A stretch of 64,000 nt of DNA, from positions 5,750,303 through 5,814,302 of the forward strand of contig CM082582.2 in the NCBI GenBank assembly GCA_040954595.2, in the 5' to 3' direction. Within the stretch, counting starts at the first letter, position 1; each line of letters opens with the position of its first letter. Of the stretch, positions 1 to 16,836 are shown piece by piece. The stretch is from Balanoglossus misakiensis. Its lineage: Eukaryota > Animalia > Hemichordata. The translations under genes and the position numbers were made by a program. Under the pieces are notes generated by a model that was not told where the DNA came from, ran no database searches, and worked only from the letters and a program-made list of their open reading frames with translations.

Positions 1-3000
1 TCACTATCTTCACTGCCATCCTTGCTTGGTTTTTCTACTGGTTTCTCGGGTTCCATTTTCTGTTCGACCTTCTTTGGCATCGGTGGCTCTTTTCTGGGTT
101 CGGGTTCTTGGCGTCTGGGTTCTGGTTTCTCTTTCGGGGCGGCACTCCTAGTCTTGCTCTCGGATGGTGCAGCTGTTAACAGAAAGTGAAACATTGATGT
201 GAAGTGCAAGTAAATATACAAATATACATACAGTGGCTAGATCCGTGTTGTAACTCGACGTATGGATTTCTGCGTGGGATTTCCCCCAACAGTGAGATTT
301 TCATCTGCCATCGCATTAATTTTCAAATATTGTAAGTATAGCAGTGCATTTTAATCACTTATCGAACTACATCAGTGCAGCAATTTCATCAGTTTAAAGT
401 GGAACCAAACCATCCATATGTACATAAGGGTGGATTCCCTCATTTCTCATTGTATTCAAGAGTGGATGTGTTGCGTAGAGGAAAGCGACGATAGAGATAA
501 AAGTGGACAGTCCCAAATTCCCGTCAGAGCACATTCAAAGAGACAGTAATGGACTTGCATCAATCATAATACGAAACAGTGACACCAGGAAAAGAATACA
601 AGATTTGTATTCCTCCCACGGAACGTGAAGTAGAGTTAGGAGAGAGGTTAAAAAAAATCCAGGTGCAGCCAAGTTTTGAAGCTTTCGACAAAGTCTGCCA
701 GGGTGTTCTAGAAACAGCAGGCGTGTATGTGTGCAGATTCTATCTAATTCGCAACATTTCGATTTCTGAAGGAGACAGGTCAAAGCAGTTCAGGTCAGGA
801 GCAGATAGCTTTAGGGCTTACAGTGATCAAAGCAGTTCAGGTCAGGAGCAGATAGCTTTAGGGCTTACAGTGATGACATCGGAACATTTCCTTGGGTGCT
901 TTGATTTTGATGTTTTCATTGATATCAGAGATAATCTGCTCGGTGTTTGAGATCATAAAATTTGAGAGATATATGATAAGATGAGATATAATTCAATAAG
1001 TTTGTCTTGGGATACACTGAAATAATATACTAGACATAATATTGAGAATTGTAATGCAATGTCTACATTAAAAAAACCTGTGATCATAGCTATCAGAATT
1101 ATACATGTAGACAAAACAATATGATTAAAAAAAACCATCAAAATCAAAGCACAGAGTCAATGTTTCAAGACTTTGGATCACTGTAATTTTAGTGCTCACA
1201 CTTATGAGTATACTTTTTTCTCTTACCCTGTCTTTTCATATACTCAGCTATGGCCTGTGCCTTGTTTGGTCTAGACTCGTTTGTTTTGGCCCTTGGTGGA
1301 CGCACTGGGCTTGGGATGACACCTAAATGAGCCGTGGCTGGCTTGTATTTCTTGTATTTATCAGAGCCTGGGTATGAGCTGTGTTGGTGGGATGGGATGT
1401 GGGGGCCAGTACCTGTGTTTATTTGATTCGCGCTATTACCGGTGGTGCCCCGTGCACCGCTGGGGGTGGGGGTGGGTGCGGCGGGGGGCTGCGGGGCTTT
1501 CCTCTTCAGTGAGGGGGACTCTTGTTCCCGTTCGGATCTCGGTTTGATTGGAGCGCTGGCGTTCTTTGGTGGTGGTTGCGAGGACACAGGGTGACTGGTT
1601 GCCGCTGCCTGTAGTAGAGAGAAACATTGGACAAGTTATTAGTGTCTCTATCATGTGATGAAATCTTGGGAGCGTGTAAAATTTCCCAGCAATTTTCTTG
1701 GTGGTGCAACTGCATGTTATCAATTTTCTAGTAGAGTGTCATGTAATTTCTCTGAGTGTAAACCATTACTGGTATCAATCAAACTACTGGTACACAATGC
1801 ACAACAATAAAATTGGGTCCAAAACATCTTTCACTTTTGCTTGTTTGTTAGTCAGAAAATGTACGTGACGGAAACTCAAAAGGTGTCGTGTAAAATCACA
1901 CACTGACCTTTCGTACAGGTTCTGGGTTTGGTGTTCTCTGTTTCTTTGGAGGAGAGGGCACATCTTCATCTTCTTCTTCATAACCATCATCATCTACATC
2001 ATCACCATCGCTGTCTTTAGTTGGTTCGGGCAGATCAGGATTCACCTTCCATCGGTTTCTCAACATCTCCATTTCAGCTTGTCTCTCTTGCTGTTGATTG
2101 GAAATAAAAAGAATTTTACATACCCAGAAATTACATTGTATTTTGCCACTTCTAAGTCCTACTAGCAATATTTTACAAACTACGTCATAAGATTAGCTAC
2201 ACCCCTTCACTTACTTGAATCTGGGAATTGATTTGGTTGGCTTTCCATCCGCCTTGCTGTTGCTTCATCAGCTGCTCCTGTATACTCTTAGCCTTGGCAC
2301 TGACGCTCTTGGGAGAAATCTCCTGACTCCTCTGGGATATCTGCTCAGCGAACGTCTTCACCCGACTGCTCTGGTGGGCGGCGGCGGCCCCCGGCCTGGA
2401 CGCCGACACCGCGGCCGCCACAGACTTCTGCTGCAGGGCTTGTTGCTGCGAGGGTTGCCTGGTGCGTTTGGCCGGCACGGGCTGGACGTCGCCTTGTGTG
2501 GTCTCCATCTTGGTGTTGGGTCGCTTGCCGGCAACAGGGTCTTGTTTCTCCGCGGGCTGATTTCTCACGCCCGCAGCCGACTGGGTAGAAGTAGAGTTTT
2601 CTTGCTTGTTGACTGACGATCTGGCAGTCGGTTGCGGATGCGACTGCTGCTGCGACGATTTGGCATTGGGGCTAGCTGGCACTTTCACGGGCTGCCAGGT
2701 CTTCTTGACCGGCGACTGACGACTGCTGACGTCTGCTGTCTCTCTTTCCCTGGCAGGGTTAACAACAGCCGGCCTAGTATTGGACACCGCTGTGTATGCC
2801 CTACCTGGTTTCGGTGGGCCTGCAGTGGCACTCTGAGCAGGCTGACTTCGTAGAGCAGCAGTCGGCTGTTTTTCCTCGACTGGCTTCGGGGGCGGCTTCC
2901 AGATTCTGACCGGCTTTTTCTCGGGCTCCGGTTTGTGAACGGGGTGGTTAGTGTCGTCCTCCCAGTTATTGATGTTGGCAGCCAGAGCAGCAAATCGGGA

Positions 3001-5106
3001 TTTCCTGGTCTTTGGTTGCGGTGGGGTTACTTCAACTTTCGGTTCGACGGCTTTGTCCTCTGTTCGTCTTGGACTTGGTACGTAATCACCTTGTAGCATG
3101 GCATGGGAGTCACCTGCAGATGTCAACAACAAAAGATGAATAATTGAATTCATGTTGGTTGAAAAAAATCCATATTCTTAACTTTAACGGTGTTCTCCCC
3201 AGAGCAAGTAAAGCGTAAGGGCCACTACTCTAATTTTGGCAAAACAACAGTATTCATTAACATAAGTGCTTTGCAAATTAGTCACTATGCTATCAGAATT
3301 TCTGGGGAGAACGTTCAGTAAGAGGATGTGTTCCCAAACATGGCTAATGAAGGCTGAAAAACTGTTAACTCCAATTTACCCATTGACACAGATTGATTTA
3401 CTAAATGCAAAGGGTGAAACTTACCAGATCGTAAAATACTACTAAATTTTTTGACAAGATATTGAAGTAGACTTGTGTAAAAGATGTGCAGCCAAAAAAA
3501 TCACATAAACTCTAGTCAAGTAGTAATAAGTACTCATCATAAAATGAAAGCAAGACTCACTTGGACAGTCACAGTCATCCCATCCATAACGTTGCTGTGA
3601 GAGATTACGCATCCTGGACTGGACAGATTTCACAGCCGGCGTATCCGGTTTGATTTCATTCTCAATTTTACGGTTATTAGAGGTGTTGGACACTCTTTTG
3701 GTTGGTGAAACTGTAAATGCAATGAGAATAAGACGGAAACATTATGAGTGGTACATGGTAGGTGTGAATGGATAATGCTGTAGACAGCTGAATTAGAAAA
3801 CCATTTGTGGTCCCCTTTTATTTGTAACAAACTTCCAGTACCTTCTCTTTCCCGGATAAGATTGTCATCAGCCAGTGGTGGTCTTCTCTTTCTTGGAGAG
3901 ATGTTCGAGTCATTCATTTTCTTCTGAAGATTCTCTCTTCTCAGACGAGTTCGTTCCAACAGTTTCTGTTAATTCAAATTTTTTGAAAGTTATGAAAACG
4001 TACTATGAAAATTGTCTATTGTACTGATTTGAACTGTGGTCCCGAATGACTTCACTTGTTATATTAACAAAAAACCTGGCTCCTAGTGCAGGATCACATG
4101 TCGACATTAGTTTGGGTTGGAAAGCCAATTTGTCCAATGCAGCTGTTCTAGGTAAGGGTCAACATAAACAACTCCATAAATGTACAGACTACCACACCCA
4201 TTGGCCATTATACAGTTGGAATGTTTGCACATCCGCAGAGAGACTATTCGATGAAAATATACTTTCAAATCCAACCAATTAACTGCCATCTGGCAATCAA
4301 ACATTTTCTTAATTCTAAAATGTGTTATTCAGCAGGGGCTCTCTGTTCCCACCGCCAAAAAATCAAATATTTTATAATTTTATTTTTCTCCTTCTCGCAG
4401 TGGCCCAAGGGGAAGATTTAACAAATTTTACAAATGTAAAAAAAATGTTCCTTTTGTTTTTTATAAGATCAACAGCAGTTGTACGCCACTTGTCTTAAGA
4501 ATGTAAAGAATGCACAAAATCTTTCCTTCCCGGATTTGAATTTCTAACACGATTGTTCACCTTTTTTTAAAACCTTTGTCTAATTTGCATATCAATAGCA
4601 AATTGATCATTTAAAAAGAATCAACAATAACATTAACAAATTGAAATTTATCCTAATTAATCGTCAGCAGTTTCTGTGCGTAACGGTAGACTGTATCACG
4701 CATATTTTCAGTTATAAATGTTTAAGTTTGTAACATAAACCAAGAAATGATATTATCGCCAACGGCTACCACATTCTTTCAACGTCACATGATCGCCATC
4801 AATTTCAAACCCACGTTGACATGGTCGTATTGCAAAGTACATTTTAATGAAACATTAGGACAGTGGAACCGTAATTATGCATTGTGGTAACGATCAAAAT
4901 ATACACTAAATTAAAAGAAGTGTTTTATTCAAAAATCCAAAAACAAGAAATGGCTTTCTCCCCACTCACATAATTTCACATCCGATCACCATCATTCAAG
5001 CATCAAGCTTACTCAAAAAACACGCAAAAACGATGATCGAGAATATCACAAAACGCAAATAATCGAATCCCTGTGAATAAAACCTTACCTCCGTGAAGGG
5101 ATCCAT
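1..5106 (-). CDS. ANLN: Anillin (actin-binding cytokinesis scaffold), 5' part; gene continues off the left edge
   Basis: The spliced N-terminus [23 protein letters not shown] matches the characteristic anillin start (human [23 protein letters not shown]). It is followed by RFAALAANINNWEDD and a Pro/Gln-rich low-complexity region. Coding exons (minus): 5089-5106, 3842-3965, 3561-3710, 2215-3113, 1908-2090, 1227-1608, and 172-<1. All introns are GT..AG with matching phases. Confidence 0.93.
780..874. repeat. Two-copy 47-bp perfect tandem duplication in an ANLN intron
   Basis: tcaaagcagttcaggtcaggagcagatagctttagggcttacagtga occurs at 780 and 827. Confidence 0.9.
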
Positions 5107-5577
5107 TGTCGTGAATTTTCTTTCCGCCTGTCGCCGCTAAAATCGTGGAATTTCGACGCAGACGAATTCTATGTTTACGACACAGTTACACAGTGTGTGT
5201 GTGTTTGTCAGTTGTTCGCTGATTTTGAAATTGCCACCGACGAGTTGAATCATGGGAAAATTCAGACCCTCTAGGTTTTCGTTTAAAAGTAAAACAAAAC
5301 GTTCAGTACAGACTAGTCCTAGTTGCTCTTTTTATGCGCAAATAATAAAACATTCAATAAAATTAAATGAAAAAGTTTTAATATTGTCGATGCTAATAGG
5401 AAACGGTGAAACTGTCTATGGTCAGAAATCTTTTTCAAGTGATACAAAATTATAAGGAGCTAAAGGGTCTCAATCTAACCTCGTTGTGAGCAACATTTCC
5501 CGCGAAGAAACAAATCAGCTGGAAATCGACCACAGAAACACACATAACCTGAGAAATGACGTGACCATATTTATGCA
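5107..5577. promoter_or_regulatory. Bidirectional promoter ANLN/GINS2 with E2F and CHR-like motifs
   Basis: Start codons face away from each other, 471 bp apart. E2F-type TTTCCCGCG at 5496-5504 and CHR-type TTTGAA at 5224-5229. Confidence 0.65.
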
Positions 5578-7675
5578 ATGGATCCTTCTGAAGTTGAATT
5601 TTTAGCTGAAAAACAGACAGTTGTCATTATACCAAACTTTGCACAGGACAAAGTTTACCTAATAAGCGTAAGTTGCAATAACTTCGTTTCCCGTATTTTT
5701 TATGCACGGGGACAATACTCATTGACAGTGACACTGTGTACAAAACTGTCAACAGTTATCTGATTGTCTCAAGTATTGAAGTATTATATTTATACACTTG
5801 TGGTATTGCTTCTTGATCGGGTATGCATAGGAGACTATATAACTAAAGGATACGTACCACGCACTTATGTTACCAAAAATAAATACAATTTCAGTTTTTG
5901 TTTTCAAATGTGTAAGTGTTCAAATTATTATTTTGACTGGTTATTGTTGTCAGGGGGATGTTGGACCATTCAATCCAGGGTTGCCTGTAGAGGTACCTTT
6001 GTGGATGGCAGTGAATTTGAAACAAAGACAGAAATGTAGAATACAACCACCAGAGTGGATGAATGTTGGTAAGAATTAATAATCATTGTGTTGTACATTT
6101 CTACTTGCCTTTGCTTTTGATAAGAGAGTATGATCCCAAAATATTTGTTGTGTTACTGTATGCAGGTGACATTTTGCAGCAGTTGGAGGGGGGGGGGTAT
6201 GCAGGGTTTGGTCATGAATATTTCCAAAAATGAAGTCATTGCGCATGATTTCAAAGATTATGACTTGTTGCCAGTGAACTTATGTTTGGCAACTGATGAG
6301 GGAAGTTGGCCAGGTACAGTGTTCATTGTCATTTTGGTAACAAAGTTTTGTTTTTGTTTTTAATTAATTAAAAGAAATATTAGAAGCCAAAAAGCAGGAG
6401 GAGTTAGATTCTGCGGTTTTCCAGCCAATGTTAAATGAACATTACATGGAAGTAGCCCAGCTGTTACTCAGTTGGTAAGTTTGACAACATTTGGCTTCAA
6501 GCATCAGTCATGTGTTTTGCTTTCTGTTTGTTTGAGAATACCTGGGTACACCAATGCTGTGTTAAATGACTAGAAATCAATTGTCAATTGTGTGGTCGAA
6601 GATGCAATATACCAAAGATTACTTTTAATAATGGTACTTACTTTAAATACTGAAGCAATCATTTATTGTAGTTGTTCAGAGATTTGCAGTCTCTAAAAGG
6701 ATGCAGGATGCTTACAGCTATAACCTTTGTTTCAGAGAAAATGCTTATTTCATCATTCATGTAAAAATGTACATACATGTATCAGTGCAAAATCTGTGAA
6801 ATCTCATTTACAAGTAGAAAACATTTCTATTCCCCCTCTTAAAGGCCTAGTAAGGAACATGGAAAATGTTAGTTGTTTGACCATGCTGTTTTTGACCATG
6901 TATTCAATAAAACGTGTCTTGATTTTAATACAGTGCAACCAATGACATTCCAAGGGCTGATGAAGTCCGCACTCTGATCAAGGACGTGTGGGACATCAGG
7001 ATTGCTAAACTTAGAAGCAGTATTGATAAGTTTGTCAGCGAGCAAGAAACCCATGCAAAGGTAAACCCAATACATGTATTACAAGTGACTGCAGTCATCT
7101 CACATTATACACACTGTCATTGATATAAAAAAAATTTTTTTGCACATATACATTTTTATACTCTGTTGGTGCATAACTAAGGGAAAGATCCAAGGTCACC
7201 ACAGAATTCTTTTGATATAGAGATGCTTTTTGTTGAGTATACAAGACAAGAAAATAGCTAGGTATACACCACTTCACGGATAGTGTAACCTAGGGGGTTA
7301 TGGGACAGTTTGCGTTCTGATCGGTAACTTAGCCATGATGTACCCACCATGTTGAACGCAAATTATACCATCATGCATTGCAGAGACCCTATCCGCGAAG
7401 TGGTCTATGCAACGAAATGTGTCCATGTAATATAGAATAGGGAAATTATAAATTAGCATTTCCGTTATTCAATAGCATGAACATGACATGTGATGTGACG
7501 TCAAATTTCATGTCGTGACACATGTCTTTCCTGTTTTTTCTTTCTTTCTCAGCTTGATAACCTCTCATTGATGGAAATCAACACAATACGTCCATTTCTG
7601 ACCCGGGCATTGGATCACATGCACACACTTCGCACTAATACACTGCTAGGAAGCAGAGCAGCTACACAGGACTGA
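5578..7675 (+). CDS. GINS2: DNA replication complex GINS protein PSF2 (184 aa)
   Basis: [12 protein letters not shown]...[33 protein letters not shown]...[13 protein letters not shown]...[11 protein letters not shown]. Exons 5578-5667, 5954-6068, 6375-6474, 6934-7060, 7553-7675 total 555 nt in an open frame. The exon 3 acceptor is an AAG, supported by alignment (VEILEA vs human VEKLEK). Confidence 0.96.
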
Positions 7676-9429
7676 AATTGACGACGCAGTGGGTGCAGAT
7701 TTCAACGTCAGAAAAGATGCGTGGACAATGTTTATTCATTTCACTGAACTTTTGGCAAATCGTGTTTTTGGTGATGGACAGAATGAGAAGGCAAACTGCT
7801 GTTTCTGATGTGGATAATTGAAAAGAATGTTCGGGATTTTGTTCTCAAGTGTATTCTTCACTATTGTTTTGGTTTGGAATGATATACAGGATGCTATTAC
7901 AAATCATTCCATTGTCATGGTAATGGAAGCCCATTGTGCTATTGTAAATATGGTGAAAGAAAAACAAAAGAAAAACAAAACCTACATTCCTTTCCCACCT
8001 CAGTTACCCAAATCTCCCCTGTTAGAAAAGTGAGTCATCATTGCCTTATTTGCCTGCAGCTCCTGTGAATACTGTATCAAATACTGTATCTGTACGAAAA
8101 CAGATGCCCAACTCTAACAATTAGGATTTTATTACCTATGATGAAAATATGAAAAATACCACTTGTATTTTTAAATGTTTATTACACCAAATCAAATATA
8201 ATACAGCATTGTCATCATGACACAATAAAATTAAATCAAAACAATTGAGCAAACAATTTTTTCTTTATTTATTAAGCTGAGAAAATCATTCACATTTCAA
8301 TAGCAAGTCATCTGTATATCAAGAATGAATTTGATAAGAAAACAATCCCACTTCATACAGCTCTTGAAGTTGCCTTCATATCAGGACACAAAGTTAGTAG
8401 AATATTAGCAAGGTACCAGAATATGGTTGCCTAATTACATGGTTTTAAATAAACACTGTCATGGACCTTCCAGTTTTAAAAAGTAAAAATTACTCTATTG
8501 CCTGAATAGTATAATTAGTCCATGAACAAATCAATGTTGAGTAGTATAAATAATACATATTAAATAACTTCTCTCACTAAAACCTATCAAAGATGATTTT
8601 GTCCTTGTAAAATTGCAATGTACTTGCAATTAAACTGGTTATCTAGTCAGACCTCAATGTAGTATTCAGGTACAATGTACCTGAGATGGTAGTGGTGGCA
8701 GTGGTTTTTTTCATGCATGGTTTTTCTCTGCATTGATGTGCAACAGAACTCGGAAACATGAAAAGAACATTCATTACATCCGGGATGTAGATCGGCCCTA
8801 GCAATTTTGTATACACGTAACACATAATATTTAATGAAAACACTTAAAATATATCAAGATGTTAAAAACTATAACAGCACCTGCTCGGATGGTTCGCTGT
8901 TGACAAAAGTAAGATTTTTTCTATCACTTTGTCAGAACCAACATTCACATAGGACTTGAGGTATATAGTGCAAGTGACGGTTAAAATGCCCACTTTTCAA
9001 AAAATAATACTGAACTATAAAATGCTTGCCGTAACTACAAAGTGCTTCATAAATAGAAATAAATGCTCACAAGTTTATTTATAATGACCTGTCCAACAAT
9101 TTACATACAACAGAAGGCTAGTATATGCAATAAAAATACCTGACAAGACCAAGGTTAAGTGCAGAGAAACTGCAATGCCTGCAGAAATGACTTGGTTGGT
9201 TGAGTAATATTTTTCGCCTCTTGGGATGGGATTGTGACTTTTATAAATATGGACTGAGCAGCCATATGGAAAATTAGCTGGTTAAATGTCTATACCACAA
9301 AAAAAGGGAACAACAAAGGCAACCGTGAAGTAACATCCGACACTCGTTCAAACGCATCCAAGATGGCCGCCCCAAACACCAGAGATAACAAGTGAGTGAT
9401 GAGGGTTAGAAAATGTCACTGCGCGCTTT

Positions 9430-12792
<3,363 letters not shown>

Positions 12793-13245
12793 TTTGGAGG
12801 TAGTTACAGGTCTAGGTCCTGGGTTGGGTATGCAATTATACTTCAGCGTGGGCGCACACTCAACGAGGGAATCCCGCGCGCAACGTCACAGGAAGTGCAA
12901 CCTTTGACCTTTCTCTTTCACGAATCCCCGGCTTACCCAACCCGATGACGTATGGAACATTGGCGCTTATTGGCTGGTACTTCTACTAATAACAACCCGT
13001 TTGTCAGCACCAGCATTGTTTTTACATAAATCTAGATGTATTTGAGGACAGAATTGTTGACAGTTGACAATTGAAGTCTGAATTATTGATAATTGAATTA
13101 TCTATATTTCTGCAATACTGTTGCAGTATTATCAAAGGTAGACCTGCACGGATTGCGACAATCGTTGAACCAATCACGTCGCGAGTTACAAACCGACAAG
13201 AAGTAACATTACAGACTTGCAATCAGAGAACGCAGGACCGTCACG
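12793..13245. promoter_or_regulatory. Bidirectional promoter GMPR2/NEDD8
   Basis: Divergent ATGs 453 bp apart. CpG-enriched, with ETS CAGGAAGT at about 12889, CRE half sites (ACGTCA 12883, TGACGT 12946), CCAAT boxes on both strands (about 12959, 12969, 13170) and TCGCGA at about 13179. Confidence 0.7.
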
Positions 13246-15435
13246 ATGCTGATCAAAGTGAAGGTGAGATTCGGTATTTTGAAATGATTAGTAAATTTTA
13301 GAGTCCAGATGTATTACTTAACTACCATCTGACAATTCACCATGCTATATTAGAAGAAAGAGCTGTAAACATTAAGAATTTTTGTAATTTTTCTTCCATG
13401 TCTGTTGTCACCAAATCTGGACACCCATCGTAATTGACTTGTTTCATCAACATGGAAATGGTTGCCATTGTGTGGAACTAGACGCTTACGGGAAAGGAGG
13501 TGAGATACATTTTAATCTAGACATTCATGTAGTACATTTTCTCTGCGCTTGGTGGATAGATCCTTGTTACCACCGTAGCCTAGAAGCTAACACTTGCGCA
13601 TGTCTTTACATAGAAACCGGAAGTACTATTCTTTTGGCATGCACTTTCAGCATTGTCATGTCCACAGTCAATGACACTTTCACATTTGGTCGTTTGTGCG
13701 ACGAAATGTTGTGATGTTAAATTCCAATTTGTCAGAGGAGCCTCCTAGCTCTGCGTACTACAGGTCTGTGTGTTCCCGGCTTTACACGGCCTCCACCTGT
13801 GTAACGCCGGGAACACACAGACCTGTACGCAGAACTAAGGAAGTAGCCTCCTAGCTGCAATGATTGTAGCGGGTGCTGCTAGGATCGGTTGACTGACACA
13901 CCAGTCAACTTAGCAGCACCCGCTACAATCATTGCAGCTAGTAGCCTCCGTGCTTACACTAGTGTTAGACTTACAGTACAGTCACTCACTGTCAGTCAGT
14001 GGCTGAAATTACTTGACAATGAGATACTATATGAGGTTCTCAACTTTGTTCCTAAATTTAACCTGTTCATTGTAAACATAACTGAATTGGTGGCAACATC
14101 TACCAGACTAAGTGTCATCCATCACGGAATCGGATTATAGTACATTTGTAATGTTCTTCTTGGGTTTTTATTTTCCAGATTGAAATCGATATAGAACCTA
14201 CAGACAAGGTGGGTGTATTGCCTCAAATCGGTCAGCTTTTCTTGGAAATTATGAAGTGAACATGTCCATGTCACTCTTTGACAAGTGCGACTGGCCAAAA
14301 TTCTTTGCTAATCCAAGGCTACTCAGTATTACCATTATTAATCTGATAAGTTTTAGTGTTCAAGTGAAGTACGGTACCTGATCGATGTGAGCACTTTTGA
14401 AAATGGCTTTGGCACAGAAGCTGACTGTCTCTAAAGCAGTTGTAAAAGTCTGGTACAGCCAGCCGGCATGTTTCAGCCAGCCATGTTTATGAGAATGTTT
14501 TCCTGTGGTGCAAGTACTAGTTACACTAAATCCTGTCTAAACCGAACCCTGTCTAATCTGGAAACTTCCTGTCCCATTATATTGACATAGAAGCACATAT
14601 TAACAGAACCTCTATAAACCGGACACCGCTACTTTTCAAAACAGTTCCACACATTATGAGAACATTGCATCCATTGTCATTTCAGGTGGAAAGAATAAAA
14701 GAAAGAGTTGAAGAAAAAGAAGGAATTCCCCCACCTCAACAAAGGTTAATTTTTAGCGGCAAACAAATGTAAGTGTACGTAGGTATATAACCATGAACTT
14801 CCATACCATGCTGATGGGGAACATTCATTGTGCAGTGTTCTGGCCTGAGCTGCAGTTCAGTAAGCAGCAAAATTTACAAGTTGGCATATTTTATTGATGG
14901 ACTGTATATGGTGGTCAGGGTGTCATGCCAGTGCAAATGTTTGTAATGCCAGTCTCTGGTTCTTTGCTACATATGATGGAGAAATAGTCACAAGAACATT
15001 AAAATTGGCCATAACTGCACATCAAACACTAGTATCCAAAACAGATGTGCAGAAATGGTGGTAAAAGGGAACAAGGACTGGTTGTCGCACCGCGTTTGTT
15101 TGTTTATAAACATAACAAGTCATCTACGAATCCCTGAAAGTAGATCATTCCAAGAATGAACGAAGCAGCCAACCGCAGCGTAGACTGGGCATGACAACAA
15201 CTGAAGATCATAGTAGGTTCGTGGCGACTGCAGTGGGGTTTGCTCTGGTATGGGAGGACATATTTTCCTCAAAGGGGACACCCACGCGGCGTGACAACCG
15301 CTTCCCTTTAAAACCCTCATAAAATTCCTTCCTTTTCTTCGTCTCCTCAGGAACGACGACAAGACGGCAGCAGATTACAAAGTCCAAGGCGGATCAGTTT
15401 TACATTTGGTTCTGGCTCTGAGAGGAGGCCATTGA
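13246..15435 (+). CDS. NEDD8: NEDD8 ubiquitin-like modifier precursor (77 aa); missed by the ORF track because of tiny exons
   Basis: Exons 13246-13263, 13482-13499, 14179-14208, 14686-14768, 15351-15435 splice to [77 protein letters not shown]. Ala72 in LALRGG is diagnostic of NEDD8 rather than ubiquitin. AATAAA at 15739-15744. Confidence 0.97.
13738..13949. repeat. Two adjacent palindromic (hairpin) cassettes separated by AGCCTCC direct repeats, NEDD8 intron 2
   Basis: Hairpin 1 has perfect 22-bp arms at 13759-13780 / 13806-13827. Hairpin 2 has perfect 31-bp arms at 13851-13881 / 13911-13941. GTAGCCTCC occurs at 13843 and 13941, GAGCCTCC at 13738. Confidence 0.85.
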
Positions 15436-16836
15436 TAACCGTGACCCGGTCAGAGATAATAATTGATGCATGCAGCCAGTGGGAGACATACAATACTACC
15501 AACATGAAAGGCCAACAGTGGACGCTTTTGCAGAGTCATCGGTGACTTGACAATATCATGTACATTTTAAAAAAATCCTCATTTTCTTTTTAAGGGCCAA
15601 CCCCCCAGGTCTCCATCAATGTAGTGTCTTGTACGTGTAGGCGGTTATTTATGTTACTTTGGTTGAACAATGGTAGATTTTGATGATGTTTTGTTTCTTT
15701 TCCAGAAAAAAATTGTTTACTTAGAAAAATAACTGTTTAATAAATCGACATTCATTGTAACAGTGTTCTCAGATTTTCTTATTTTGTTTGTATTGCACCA
15801 AAGTGCTTAAAATTATACTGTAATGGTAGTGTATTTTTTTAGGATTTCAACAAAAACAAGTTCGTGAAAGAAAGTTGGCGGTGTGTGGTGGCAATTCTAA
15901 GCAATACATTTTTGTTTGGCTACAAGAGACAAGTAAATGTTCAAACTGCTAGCTGAGTCTCTTTGTATTTTGTCATGTTACAGCAAATTTGCTCCTGCGA
16001 GGATGGATGGACACAGAAATTCTATTGCCAAGTGGGATTGTGTAGAATTTGGTTGTGTGTGACCGGTGCTGAAATACTAACTACAAATTGACATAATAAG
16101 GCAGACAGAATCGACTAAAATGCAGCATTCTGTACTGCTAAACTAGTTGGTGCCACTCCAAAGCTTTCATATTTTCCCGACAGGCGAGAAAAAGTTTACC
16201 TGTTCACAGCGAATAAGCTTGATGTACACAGCAATGAACAGCATATAGCTGAAAGAAACACCATTGCATATGCATCTGGATACGAGTTATTCACCACCTG
16301 AGGGCGCACTTCTATACTTCTCAAACAATGTGTGCAGCTATAGTCAATCAGTCTCAGAAGCCTTTTTGTATTACCAGTGGTTTATTATTACGCATGAACA
16401 ATATGTTGTAGAGAGGAATCATACATTTGACAGCAATTCATGATTATTATCCTTTCACATCATAATGCTTCTCATCATGTCTTCAAGTGGCAGTTGCATA
16501 AAAATGCCCATCAATGTACTGCATAAAATCCTTCAATTTAAAACTCCACCCATGCCTGCCTTCACAGAATTTCAAAGTTGATTAAAATTGATCATGGTGC
16601 ATTTTTACCACAGTGCTAGATCAGTTGGATAACAGGGAATTGAAGACTTGATCATGGCCATGCTGTTAAGCACAGCACTCTTTCACTGCATTTTATTTCA
16701 ACTGACAGCTGAAAGTGATCAATTCATACATACCCAAAGTATAAGATGACAAGAATACACAGAAATCCCCCCCCCCTTATAAATCTCAATATTTCCTACT
16801 TATGCCAGGCATGTAAATGTTTTGTTTCAGCTATAA

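Noticed and set aside
2215-2993. Antisense and alternative-frame ORFs over anillin exon 4 (likewise 50827-51342, 52438-52877, 53514-53777 over paralogue A)
   Set aside because: Shadow ORFs of GC-rich true exons.
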